A DNA stretch of 64,000 nt from Eledone cirrhosa. Taxonomy: Eukaryota. The DNA lies in contig OZ024742.1 of NCBI GenBank assembly GCA_964016885.1, positions 95,046,001 to 95,110,000 on the forward strand. Direction: 5' to 3'. The translations under genes and the position numbers were made by a program. The notes beneath the pieces are model-generated. The model was not told where the DNA came from and did not search any database. It was given only the letters and a program-made list of their open reading frames with translations. Position 1 is the first letter of the stretch; each line of letters starts with the position of its first letter. Of the stretch, positions 52,857 to 64,000 are shown piece by piece.

Positions 52857-54100
52857 GGCTGGCTGTACTTTGCAGTACATATTCAAAATGTTGTATAATG
52901 TATGAATGAAAGTACCAAATGTTTCATAAGTGTCCAAGCAGCAGAAACACACAATATCATTGATTCCACAATGGAAGAAAAGAAGCTTCTCTTATGATCA
53001 TCTGGATTGTATTTAGTTATTGTGACCAATATTTTTCCCACTTTTTCAGATTATATAGAAGTGTGATAGCTTCTGATATTATCAACATAACCCACATAGA
53101 TTATAGTTATAATTGATTGCTGTAGAGAGTAAACAAAAGTGTAAGCTGCTTCTATAATTCATAAAGACAGATATCAGATGCAACTTTTAGGGACTCTATT
53201 ATGATCATAACCATAATGTCTGGTTCCTGTGTTTATAAGCTTCAGTCCCCTTTGTGATAGATTTAATAATGCATTACTGTTATCCCAAAATGTTATTTTC
53301 TTTTCTATTGTGTGGTATTGTCGATTTAAATGTCAGTTGTCAAACATAATAACAATTTTAATATCAACCTGGCCAAAACAGACCCTGGTTCTATGAAAAC
53401 AAAGCACTCCTTTTAAAATATTCCAACATATTTTTTATATCAAAACCATATATTAAGATACTATTGTAATGGGGATATAATCATTAATTCTAGTAAATCC
53501 ATTACAATTTCAATTAGTTAATTGAAATAGGGTTATTTAATTAGAAATAAAGTCACAAAAGTGTTAAATATAAATTCAAATGGCTGTTTAAATGGTCCTT
53601 GAATTTTCTATAAATTTTGGTTTGCTGAAAGATTTGGTCAAGTTTGAAATAATTCATTAGAATATGGCGGCATCATAGTAGTTTTCCTTTTTCCTATATT
53701 TGTATACATTTGCATTAGAACATGCCATTACAAAGCAACATATACTTCCACATTATAGCCAGTAGAAGAAAACTGTCTGGAGGTTTTGGGGTTTTTTTTT
53801 TGCTTGTTTGTTCTAATATTTTTCAATTGTTACAAAATATCTATAAAAACAAATTCATATTTTTTTTTTTTTTACCTTAATATTTATAATTACATTTTCA
53901 CTATAAATATAATTACATTTTCGTGAATATTTAATCTAACTTTCACTAATACAGCCATATTCACTTATACTGAATTAAATGTGGGTTCAAGTATAAAAAC
54001 AATTCTCACCTCTGGATTAGACATTTAACTCTTGTTAATCTGCAATCAAGAGACTACTTCACATATTGCTCAATATCTTCCTTTAAATCATAATATAGTT

Positions 54101-54402
54101 CAGAGTTAGGGAGCTTGCAGCCATAAGGCTGCATGTGGCCTTCACACAGCAATGCCACCTTATGTTTAGAACTTATATGTTGGAACCAAACATTGAGGGG
54201 CTTTCTCATAAGAAGCAATCACAAAAGTGCCATTAAAAGATTAGTTACTTTTAAAAATATGCTTTTAGATTTCGTTAAAGTTTTTATAAATAACCATATT
54301 TCTTGAAACAACTGACATTTAGCAAGACAATATTATTTTACAAAATGTAACATTATTTAATTTTAATGTAGCATTCTTGCATAAAACAATTCTCCATACC
54401 TG
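54101..54402. mobile_element. hAT (Buster/Charlie-type) MITE with 8-bp TSD
   Basis: CAG...CTG ends; TSD ATATAGTT at 54093-54100 and 54403-54410; subterminal TGCAGCC-ATAA-GGCTGCATGTGGCC palindrome. Confidence 0.7.
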
Positions 54403-54455
54403 ATATAGTTAATATTTAGATGATAGTCAACCGAAGATTATCTTCATTATAATCT

Positions 54456-54561
54456 CAAATCCCGCCGAGGTTAACTTTACCTTTACTCCTTACGGGGTCG
54501 ATAAAATAAAGTACCAGTAATGTACTGGGTAATTGTTGGCCTTGTGCCAAAAGTAGAAACA
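54456..54561 (+). mobile_element. 5'-truncated SINE family B with 10-bp TSD
   Basis: TSD ATTATAATCT at 54446-54455 and 54562-54571. Confidence 0.88.
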
Positions 54562-54619
54562 ATTATAATCTGTTCAGGTTTGATACTATAGGAGTATATA
54601 TAAGTTTTACTTTTGCATA

Positions 54620-54925
54620 CAATGCAAATGTTTTCATTTTCGTTATCAAATTTCTAATGAAAAATAGTGTCTATGATTTTCAAATACTTTTGAAAATAAT
54701 CAAGGACTTATATAGATTTATTAATATAATTAGTTTTCTCATTATTAAGATGATGTTTGGAATATAACAAAGATTCTTACATAGAACTATTTTGGCAGGT
54801 CTTTAGATAAATATGAACTCTTTAAAATAAACAGTTTACTTTCAAAAATAAACAGTTTGATACCAAAAAGCATAAAACCACCCATAAAGGGTGGTTTTAT
54901 GCTTTTTGGTATCAAAATGGCTAAA
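54620..54925 (-). mobile_element. MITE family M1 copy with a terminal perfect hairpin
   Basis: TTCTCATTATTAAGATGATGTTTGGAATATAA internal motif; hairpin at 54856-54916. Confidence 0.6.
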
Positions 54926-55794
54926 TATTGTTTTGATGTACCAAAAGGTCAACATTTTTATTTGTGTTGGCTAGAGTTTATTCAACTGAACCACATTACA
55001 TCTTTGTCATGTTGCAGCATTATGGAAATATTCAAAATGTTGGAGAGAGGAGAATAATTTTATGACCTATTGCATGATTTGGCATGGGTGAATGTGGAAA
55101 GCATAGTAGAAAATGAAGGCTTAATCATTTTGTTAGTGTTCTCAGAAAAAGAACTATCAAAAACTAGAAACCTCAACTGTAAGTTGAAATCATTTTATTT
55201 TACAACAGACATATTTTTAACTATGCACTGTACTAAAACTTTTCATTTTACACTTTAGCAATGACATGTTAAATTCTTACAAGTAGAAGTCCAAATTCTT
55301 ATTTATACTAAGCTTGATATGTCAGAATGGCACCATTATGACACTTGTTTCAGCAATACTTTTTCTGTTTCTTCTGCACAAAGAAATATTATTTTCCCAC
55401 ATTCTGTTCCTATGGGAAGCCTGATCTTACAGTTTTTCCCTGTAAATATTTTATGAAGGACCTGCTCAATACAGGATATCTTTTCTGTTTTCACTTTGGC
55501 ATCTTACCAAACATAAATAAAAATACAAGTACTTTCACCACCAACAGCAGCAACAGAATGAAATAAAGCAGTAAACCCACACAAGGATAATATAAGCAGT
55601 AAGAAGAACAACAAAATGGCTTTAAACAAATGTTGAATCCAAGAATTTTGTTTAGTACTGGGAGAGAACTACAGTTTTATTTACTATGATTGTTTTTATG
55701 CAGGTATGCTTACATATGTGTGTTCATTGTTAAATATATATCTATGTAGTGTATGTATGTATATATATATATGTATGTATGTATATATATATAC

Positions 55795-55861
<67 letters not shown>

Positions 55862-57464
55862 TACATGTATTTGTGTGTGTGTAAATGTATGTATTTATAC
55901 ATACCATGCACACATATCACAGTATATGTGTAAAAACATATTCATTCATATTTAGTCATAAATATATATTCATAAATACGGATTTGTGTATATATATATA
56001 TATGTGTATATATATATGTATGTATGTATACAAGCACACATGTATATATCTTATTAATTATACATGACTACATAGATAATATCCAAATATGCATCCATGT
56101 GTATGTAATTTTGTGTGTGTAATTGTATGTGTATAAACTGCAATGCAATTTTGAGCATCCTAGCTTTTATTCCTTCAACAATAGTAGAGTTTAGGGATAC
56201 AAAGAAAAGTGCCAGAAAGACAGATGTTTTCATATCTATAAAGTTCTTCTTGTGAATGTCCTCTCGCCATTATGGCCACAGTTAAAGTGAGCATTTCTAT
56301 AGTTCCCTCCTCTCCACTCCTTCTTTCTAGTTCTCAATCTATTCCTTAGTCTATCTCTATCTCTCTCTCATTTATATACAATTTTAAGAATGAACAAAGG
56401 TATTTCATTTGTCATGTCTTTATTATCATATACTATTTTTATTATTGTTGTTGTTGCTAGTATTTGTTTCCCCTTTGTTTATGTCCCTTTCCATTTACAC
56501 AATGTAAATTTCACTTTGTGTTGTTTTTCTCATTCGTGAAGTGTCCCCAAAATCTTGGGCCCTTTTGACCGATAAAATAAATCATTATAATTATTATTAT
56601 TATTTATTTATTTAGTAGTAGTTTGTCTTATGATGTCTCTGATTTCACCAAGCATTTTGTGTGGACAATGAGACTTCTTCATTCTTGTATCATAGAACAA
56701 AAGATAATGCTTGCTTGTGTTTCTGGCAAAATAAAAAATAAAAACAAGAAGAAACGTCCCCAAAGGAAGCAAATGCATTTGTTTAATGTGCAATCACCTC
56801 AGATGATGTGTGTTTAAGGCTTTGTGGTGAGAGCTTTCCACTACTGCCCCAACAGTAAATGAAAATTATTGTATAGGAATCATACAATATCTCTTATCTC
56901 TTGTATGTTTCTCTAAAACTATATATATCACTATCTGTTTGTATACACATTCACACACACCACAGAAACTCATTCAACCTTGCTAGCAAGGGAAATGGAT
57001 TTTAAATGATGATGATATATATATAAATAGATACATGTACACACATACATCATTATTGTCATCATGATCATCAATGTTTAACATCTGCTTTCCATGCTAG
57101 CAAAGGTTAGAAAATATATACATGAAGGTGAGGGTGGTGATGGTGATATCCCCAGCCTCCATATAGTGATTGTGGTGCCATGATAAAAGGCATCCAGTCC
57201 ATAATGTAAATATGCTTGACATTAGTAAGTGCAACCTGCCATACAAACCAAGCTATGAACAGTTCTATATGAGCAAGACTTGGTCATCTGATCTGACTTG
57301 TCTCACAATGGGACAACTCATGTAAAGCATGCTAGCATGGAAAAATGGACATTAAACAATGATAATAATGATGATGTTAGTGTTGATGATATGTGTGTGT
57401 GTGTGCTTAAATATATATAATACTCCCATATAGTAATATACAATAACCATACATATACTTGCCC

Positions 57465-57790
57465 AATTGCACCTCTGAAAGGCCGGGTCCTCTGGCGTTA
57501 CACAGTAATACAGAAGACCCGGGTACAAGCCGAAGCTGAAGCATATAGATAGTATGCCCCCCACCCCACACACACACACTATAAAGTGCTCGTGTAGGCG
57601 CCACAGTAAAAAAGCCCCCAGTACTAACTGTTAATGATGCTAGTGTTAGGAAGGGCATCCAACTATAGAAATCAAGCCAAAGTCAGTTCTGTATGAACAA
57701 GACATGGTCACATGACTTGGCATTGCCCACAACAGGACAACCCGTCTAACCCATGCCAGCGTAGAAGAATGATGTAAACAGTGATGATGA
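57465..57790 (+). mobile_element. RTE 3' end and tail
   Basis: Homologous to 15530-15930 (CTCTGGCGTTACACAGTAATACAG..GTTAGGAAGGGCATCCAAC..ACCCATGCCAGCG). Confidence 0.85.
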
Positions 57791-59166
57791 ATATACATAT
57801 ATATGGTGAGAAGAGTAAATGTTAAATGATGATGATGATGATACATATTAACAAATACACTCACGCACGTATACATATATGTTTGTTGCACATATTCTGG
57901 AGTGTTTCTAGGCTTCCAAGTATTTTTGAGGCAGCTTCATATCACGTAGCTAACAAGAATTGGAGCTACTAGAAACTCTGGAGAAAAATCGGTCATTGAC
58001 CCTTTAATTTGGTATTACTTAACCTGTAACATTTTCATTATAATTCTTATGAAAGACAATGTTTTAACTCTTCTTCCCCTTTTGTTAAGTTATGAGGCAA
58101 ACACCAACGTAATTATGAGAAAGTTAGGAAATCCTTTTAAATTTTATATAATTTTCAAACTGATTAGAAAATAATAAGCAATGTCTTTCATTAGAACCAT
58201 GGGTTAATTTATGCTGAAATGATAGTTAAATTCTGAGCATAATATTGAGGGCAGCTTATGTTGGTGATAAGGATGAGGACAACAATGAGTATTATAATGG
58301 TGATAATGATGAAAATCATTATCATTAATACTTTTAGTATTGTGTTTGTTCAGTTGTCTTTAAATCATTTATAAAAAATATTCTTCTTCTGTGTTCAATT
58401 GTTTCTTCCCAATGATTTGTGGTAATGGTAAAAACTATAGTGGACACCATTTATAAACACTGTAATGTATATAAAACCGATTTGGGAGGTGTGTTGAATA
58501 TTATTTCAGCTTAAAGACATAATTACGTTGGTGCTTGCCAGATAAACAAATGCAAATGGTCTTATATAAATGAGACCCTTTGTAAGCAGTTTCTTTCTTC
58601 TCATTAAATTTTATAAATGAAGTGTGTTGAATGTATCTCAGCTTAAAGACATGACAATCCTTGTAAATAAGATTTTTTTTTTTGTTTATGCATAAAGCCA
58701 GCACTTTGGTGAGAGAGTTTAGTTACTTAAATTGGTGCTTTGGTTTATCAACAGCAGAAGGAGAAAAGACAGGGTTGATTTTGACAAAATTTGAACTCAA
58801 AGGGTCAACACAAAAACTACAATTCAGCTAGTTCACTGCTAGAAAGATATAAACAGTCTCTTTCTACATTATATATAAAACCTAATGTTGGAATGTATTC
58901 AACCTTTGTAACTGTATTTCAAATAAAAAATACATGTATAATTTACAAATAATTTTGAAAATATTCATGTATTTGGAGGATTTTTGTTATATAACAAAGT
59001 TTCTCATGATTAAGATAGGTTTTGCTACAAAACTTAACGTTAAATTATGATGGAAAGTTTTTAGACAAATATAGACACTTTAAAATAAACAATTTTGTAT
59101 CATATAACTGGAAGCAATTTCAGGCGAGCTAGTATGCGAAGAGACATTGTGTTCATTGCAAATAAT

Positions 59167-59353
59167 TGTTTCTACTTTTGGCACAAGGCCAGCAATTATT
59201 CCAGTATATTACTGGTACTTTTATTTTATCGACCCCGTAAGGTTGAAAGGCAAAGTTAACCTCGGCGGGATTTGAACTCATATTGTAAAGGGACATAACT
59301 ATGGTGGAAAGCATGTCCGACACCCTACCGATACTGCCAATACACCGCCCATA
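59167..59353 (-). mobile_element. SINE family B with 12-bp TSD
   Basis: TSD ATTGCAAATAAT at 59155-59166 and 59354-59365. Confidence 0.9.
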
Positions 59354-59977
59354 ATTGCAAATAATGCCAGACTATCACATTGTTTTACGCATGTGAGAAT
59401 TTCAACAAGACACTAATGAAATATACTTATTAATTATGCAGTGTCTTTCTTTGTTAAGATTGTTGAGACATCTCATATACAATGTATTATTTTTAAAATA
59501 AGTATTATGTTAGAAGAAAAATAACACAACTGTTTTTAATTGAAATTCACACCAATTAAGCAAAATAAGATTTAGAAAAAATTATTTTATATTAGTGGCA
59601 AGAATGTGATAGATGTATATCTAAAAACTCAATGTTTCCCATTAGTCTATACTGTGTCCAAGTCAAAACAGAGAGGGGGGTAGGTAGTCCAGTTGGTATG
59701 GGCCTATGATTTAGAAGGGGGCATACTTACCTCATTCTAGTTAATTTGTTCTGTTCTAAGTATCTCATAAATATTAAATGTACATGTATCTGCATGTACC
59801 ACTGGTAGTATTTGTTTTATTATTCTGAATGATCAAAAGAGATAGGAGGATCACTACAAGGACAAAACATCTTCTCCATTGTTGGTGCCATGAGAAAATG
59901 AACTCAGTGCATGCTGTAAAGTGGTTAGTAATAGGAAGAGCATCCAACCATAGAAACCATGCCAAACAAATCATTAA

Positions 59978-60300
59978 CCTTTTAGCATTTACATTACTCT
60001 ATATTTACAATTGTATTTTCCTGGTAAACACTTTATCTCACTTAATATCTCACATAATATTGATCTACAAGATTCTGATATTATTTATTTGGAGAATAAC
60101 TTTGCCTTTCATCCTTACGGGTCAATAAAATGAAGTACCAGTAATGCACTGGGATAATTGCTGGCCTTGTGCCAAAAGTAGAAACAATTATTTATTTGGA
60201 GAATACCTTAACATCAGTATGAGCAGCCAGTTATGGCTGGTATGAACTGAGAATGGTGAAAGAATTGTGTCCAGATACAGCTGGCTTAAATGCTAAAGGG
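59978..60300. mobile_element. TTAA-flanked piggyBac-like MITE (family M2) containing a nested SINE
   Basis: TTAA|CCTTTTAGCATTTA ... TAAATGCTAAAGGG|TTAA (14-bp TIR, 1 mismatch). Confidence 0.8.
60099..60186 (+). mobile_element. 5'-truncated SINE family B with 19-bp TSD
   Basis: TSD ATTATTTATTTGGAGAATA at 60080-60098 and 60187-60205. Confidence 0.9.
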
Positions 60301-61127
60301 TTAAGTTATTTTTTCAATCACATCAAGTCCATGACAATCTTCATAATGGTGGTGTTACAATAAAGTCAACCCTGTACAGCCTGTGAAGTTAGTTATACAA
60401 AGGGTATCCATGCCAAAAAAGGGAGTGTATTTGAGATGTGGTCGTCTTGGTTCCTCTAGAAAGACAGTAGCTGTAATAAAGTACTGACTAAGTCTGTAAA
60501 AGCCTATCCAAACTATGACTACATAGCGAAATCAACATACGATGATGATATAGGTGATGATAATGAGGATGAGAATAAGGAAGAAAAAGAATAAATAAGA
60601 TATAAAATGAAGAGAGTTGAAAAGGATACAGAGGCATTTTGTTCTTCATGCCCTGAACTCCTGAAAGAGTTTATTAATAGGTGTGACATTAGTAGAACTC
60701 CTTTCTAGGGTTGAGTAAAACTGATTGCTTCCAGAGAAATAAAGAGTAAAAGAATGTTGGGGGAATAGTGGACTCTCAGTATAGGACTAGTACTATATTT
60801 ATTGACCTTGAAAGGATGAAAGGTCAAGTTTACCTTTAAACCCTGAGTGTAGAGAACTGAAATATATGCTACAAAACATTCTATTTAATGTTCTAATGAC
60901 TTTGCCATCTCACTACATTTGGATAGGAAATACCAGATGCAACACATGAAAAAACAAAAATAAATGAAACAGGCACAGTCTTTTCTTCGTGATTAAGGAG
61001 TTCACTTCACAATCATATGTTTCTGTTTTCAGCCCCAGTGTACGACACTTTGGGCAAGTGTTTTTGCCATAGCCTCAGGTTTACTAATGATTTGTAAATA
61101 GAATTTTGTTGACAGAAATTGAAGAAA

Positions 61128-61390
61128 TGCACTGTAAAGTGGTTGCATAAGTGACATGACAAAAAACACCCAGTCCATACTGTAAAGTGGTCATGTAGGA
61201 GACACGGTAATAAGGCTCCCAGTCCACACTGTAAATGTGATTGGTGTTAGGAAGGGAATCCAGCCATAGCAAACCTGTCAAAAACAGTAGTGCTCGAGTG
61301 AGACACGGTCTTCTGACTAATCTTGCCTCAAGTGGGACAAAACCATCAAACCCATGCTACTGTAGAAGATGGACGTTAAACGATGATGAT
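61128..61390 (+). mobile_element. RTE 3' UTR and tail with three ~48-bp modules
   Basis: Repeated CACTGTAAAGTGG..AAAAACACCCAG units, then GTGTTAGGAAGGGAATCCAGC..GGACGTTAAAC(GAT)n. Confidence 0.85.
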
Positions 61391-61481
61391 ATATAGATAT
61401 AGATATATAGAACATTCCTGATGCTTTCACATGAATGAAATAGTTTTAGTCCTGTAAAAATCATTTCTATATAAATTATAC

Positions 61482-61535
<54 letters not shown>

Positions 61536-62126
61536 ACTCGCATTTTGTAAAAGCAGACGTCAAAATAATATGTACTGGAGCCAATAAGATCAACTAAATT
61601 AAAGTAGGACTGCAGTCTAATGACTGAAAGAAGTAAAATTATGAAAAAATGAATAAATAAATATAAATTGATGAAGGACAAGGAAACGATGAGTGACTGA
61701 CAGCTTAACATATCATCTTAACAGAACCAAATTTGAATATTGACAATGATAGTAAAGATGATAAAAAAACAAACAAATTAATAAATAAATAAAAGAAGAA
61801 ACAAAATGGCAGTTAAATGACAATTGACTGTAAAAATATCTGTGGTGAAATAAATGGCAAAAACAGGAAGCAGTAGAATAAATTGGAACATTGGGTCAAC
61901 ATTTCTCATAACGTGAAAAACAATTTGCTGCAGGCTGTATCCAAATGTTCTGAGAACAGTGTTGTTCAGGGCAATTTACAACATCCAATTAAATGTAAGA
62001 CATTTCTTTAAGTTCTATTTATTTGAATATTGAGCACCCACTGGATGAAGTCAATTATACATGAGAGAATGAGAAAAAAGGGAGAAAATGGAAATAATAG
62101 CACATATACATACAGATTGTGTGTGA

Positions 62127-64000
62127 ATCATCATCATCATCATCATCATCATCGTTTAACGTCCATGTTCCATGCTTGCATGGGTTTGGACAGGAGTTTT
62201 CCCACTTGAGGCAAGAGTTATTGTCTTGCTCGCATAGGACTGTCTGGCGGGTTTTCTACAGCTGGATGCCCTTCCTAACACCAACCAAATTTACAGTGTG
62301 GGACTGGGAGGTTTTTACCGTGTTGCCTACACGCCCACATTACAGCGTGGACTGTGTGTTTTTTTTGTCATGACACCTACACGATCTCATTTGTTTCGGC
62401 CTGGATGTTGTGGCACCAAATTAACTTTACATTGAAGGGAGCGGTGTGGATGAGGTGGGGGTGGTGGGACGGGGGTGTATTTTATTAGAGATGCCTACTG
62501 ACTGTAGTAGGTTTTACTTTGTATTCAGGTAAGGCGGGTCTTCTCTATTACTGAGTACCGCCAAAGATCTCGGTCCAGTGACATTGTCTTGGAGAGGTGT
62601 AAGTGTGTGAGGTCGGAATTTATCAGGTCGTCCCAGGTTTTTCTGGGTCTGCCTACTCCGTGGCTACCGTCTATCTTTATTGCCCTGCACTTTTTTTATA
62701 CAGCTGTCGTCTTTCATGCGCATCACGTGACCATACCAATGTAGCCTTCTCTCGAGTAAACAACATCTGATCCCTCTTATTTCTAATTTTTCCCTTAGTT
62801 CGTTTATGCTTTGCCGTTCGCGTATATTACTATTACACATCCAGCAGAGCATGCAAACTTCGTTCCTCTCTAGTCGGCATATATCCTCTGCACACAATGC
62901 CCAGGTATCACTGCCATGCAACATTGCTGTTCGTATGCAGGCATCATACAGCCTGCCTTTCATTTTTAGGGAGAACCCTTTAGCAGCTAATAGTGGTATA
63001 AGCTCTCTGAACTTTTTCCATCCAGTTCTGACTCTAGCTACTGTACTTTCAGAGCACCCTCCCCCACTGCTGATTTTGTCACCCAGGTAACGGAAGCTGT
63101 CCACTATTTCTATAGAACCCTCTGCGCAATTGAAAGAGCAAGTATTTTGTGGGCACTTGCTGCTACTTATTGCACCAGAGCACCGGCCACATGTAAAATC
63201 TCTGTTCTTAGTTAACTTACCTGTGATCCCACTACATCTTTTATGCACCCATACTTTGCATTTGGGTCATAAAATGGAGTTTCTACCTACGCCTTTCCTA
63301 CACACTGAGCATGGCCATTTCCCGGAAGGGACCGGTGCTTCATTTTCTTTCCTACAAACTAGAACTTTAGTCTTAGCCAGGTTAATTTTAAGGCCTTTTG
63401 ATTCTAGGCCATGCTTCCATGTTTGGAATTTCTTCTCTAGCTTGGCCATTGATTCAGCTATGAGCGTTAGATCATCTGCGTATAGGAGTTCCCATGGGCA
63501 GCCAGTCTTGAACTCCACTGTTATAGCCTGAAGGGCAATAATAAATAGTAGGGGGCTAAGAACAGAGCCCTGATGAACACCAACTTTTACGCTGAACTCT
63601 TCACTATATTCGTTGTTAATTCTAACCTTGCTGACCGTTTCTTTATACATGGCTTGTATAGCTCTCACAAGCCATTCATAAACACCTAGTTTTCTAAGAG
63701 CCCACCAGATAATGGAACGGGGGACTCTGTCGAAGGCTTTCTCCAAGTTAATAAAAGCTAAGTATAGGGGTTTACTTTTAGCTAGGTACTTCTCCTGTAG
63801 TTGTAGTACAATGAAAAGAGCGTCTGTGGTACTTTTGCCTGACACAAACCCGAACTGCATTTCATCTAGATCAGTTCTCTCTCTGATTAGTTGCACTATT
63901 ACTTTTTCCGTGACCTTCATGACCTGGTCGATTAATTTAATGCCTCTATAGTTACTCCTATCTAGGGCATCTCCTTTACCCTTGTAACAGTTAATGATGA
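62127..64000 (-). pseudogene. Young RTE LINE copy (same family as 43511-45526), disrupted; runs off the window end
   Basis: ORFs 63267-63920 and 62664-63248 are near-identical to the 524-aa ORF. TGA replaces the third PHD cysteine (NSIL*PKC) and there is an A-run frameshift near 62695. Complete 3' UTR and (GAT)n tail. Confidence 0.95.

Noticed and set aside
55018-55178. AG..GTAAGT-bounded candidate exon (similar candidates at 13993-14070 and 33118-33221)
   Set aside because: In-frame stop or no recognisable protein similarity; splice-like sites are common in AT-rich DNA.

Overview
AT-rich eukaryotic, repeat-saturated intronic/intergenic DNA. No host protein-coding gene, rRNA/tRNA gene or CRISPR array can be supported. 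The repeat inventory ((TA)n/(CA)n/(ATG)n microsatellites, RTE LINEs with (GAT)n tails, two tRNA-derived SINE families, TTAA-flanked MITEs) resembles an octopod cephalopod genome; this is recall, not tested. The only long ORF (43551-45125, 524 aa) is the RT/C-terminal part of a 5'-truncated RTE-clade LINE with a C4HC3 PHD-type finger inserted inside the RT region; related copies lie at 62127-64000 and 28976-30950. Also present are decayed Tx1/L1-type and R4/Dong-type LINEs, a Penelope GIY-YIG relic, a Tc1/mariner 5' fragment, a hAT MITE and many SINEs with target-site duplications. The most notable signals are: the PHD-in-RT architecture; GNRA-capped, co-varying hairpin modules in the RTE 3' UTR that a SINE has borrowed; hammerhead-ribozyme relics, including a fold-back hairpin built from half a hammerhead; an ATTAT-initiated TSD rule for one SINE family; and many perfect or near-perfect inverted repeats. 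Most short ORFs in the track are microsatellite or antisense artefacts. Boundaries of decayed elements are approximate.
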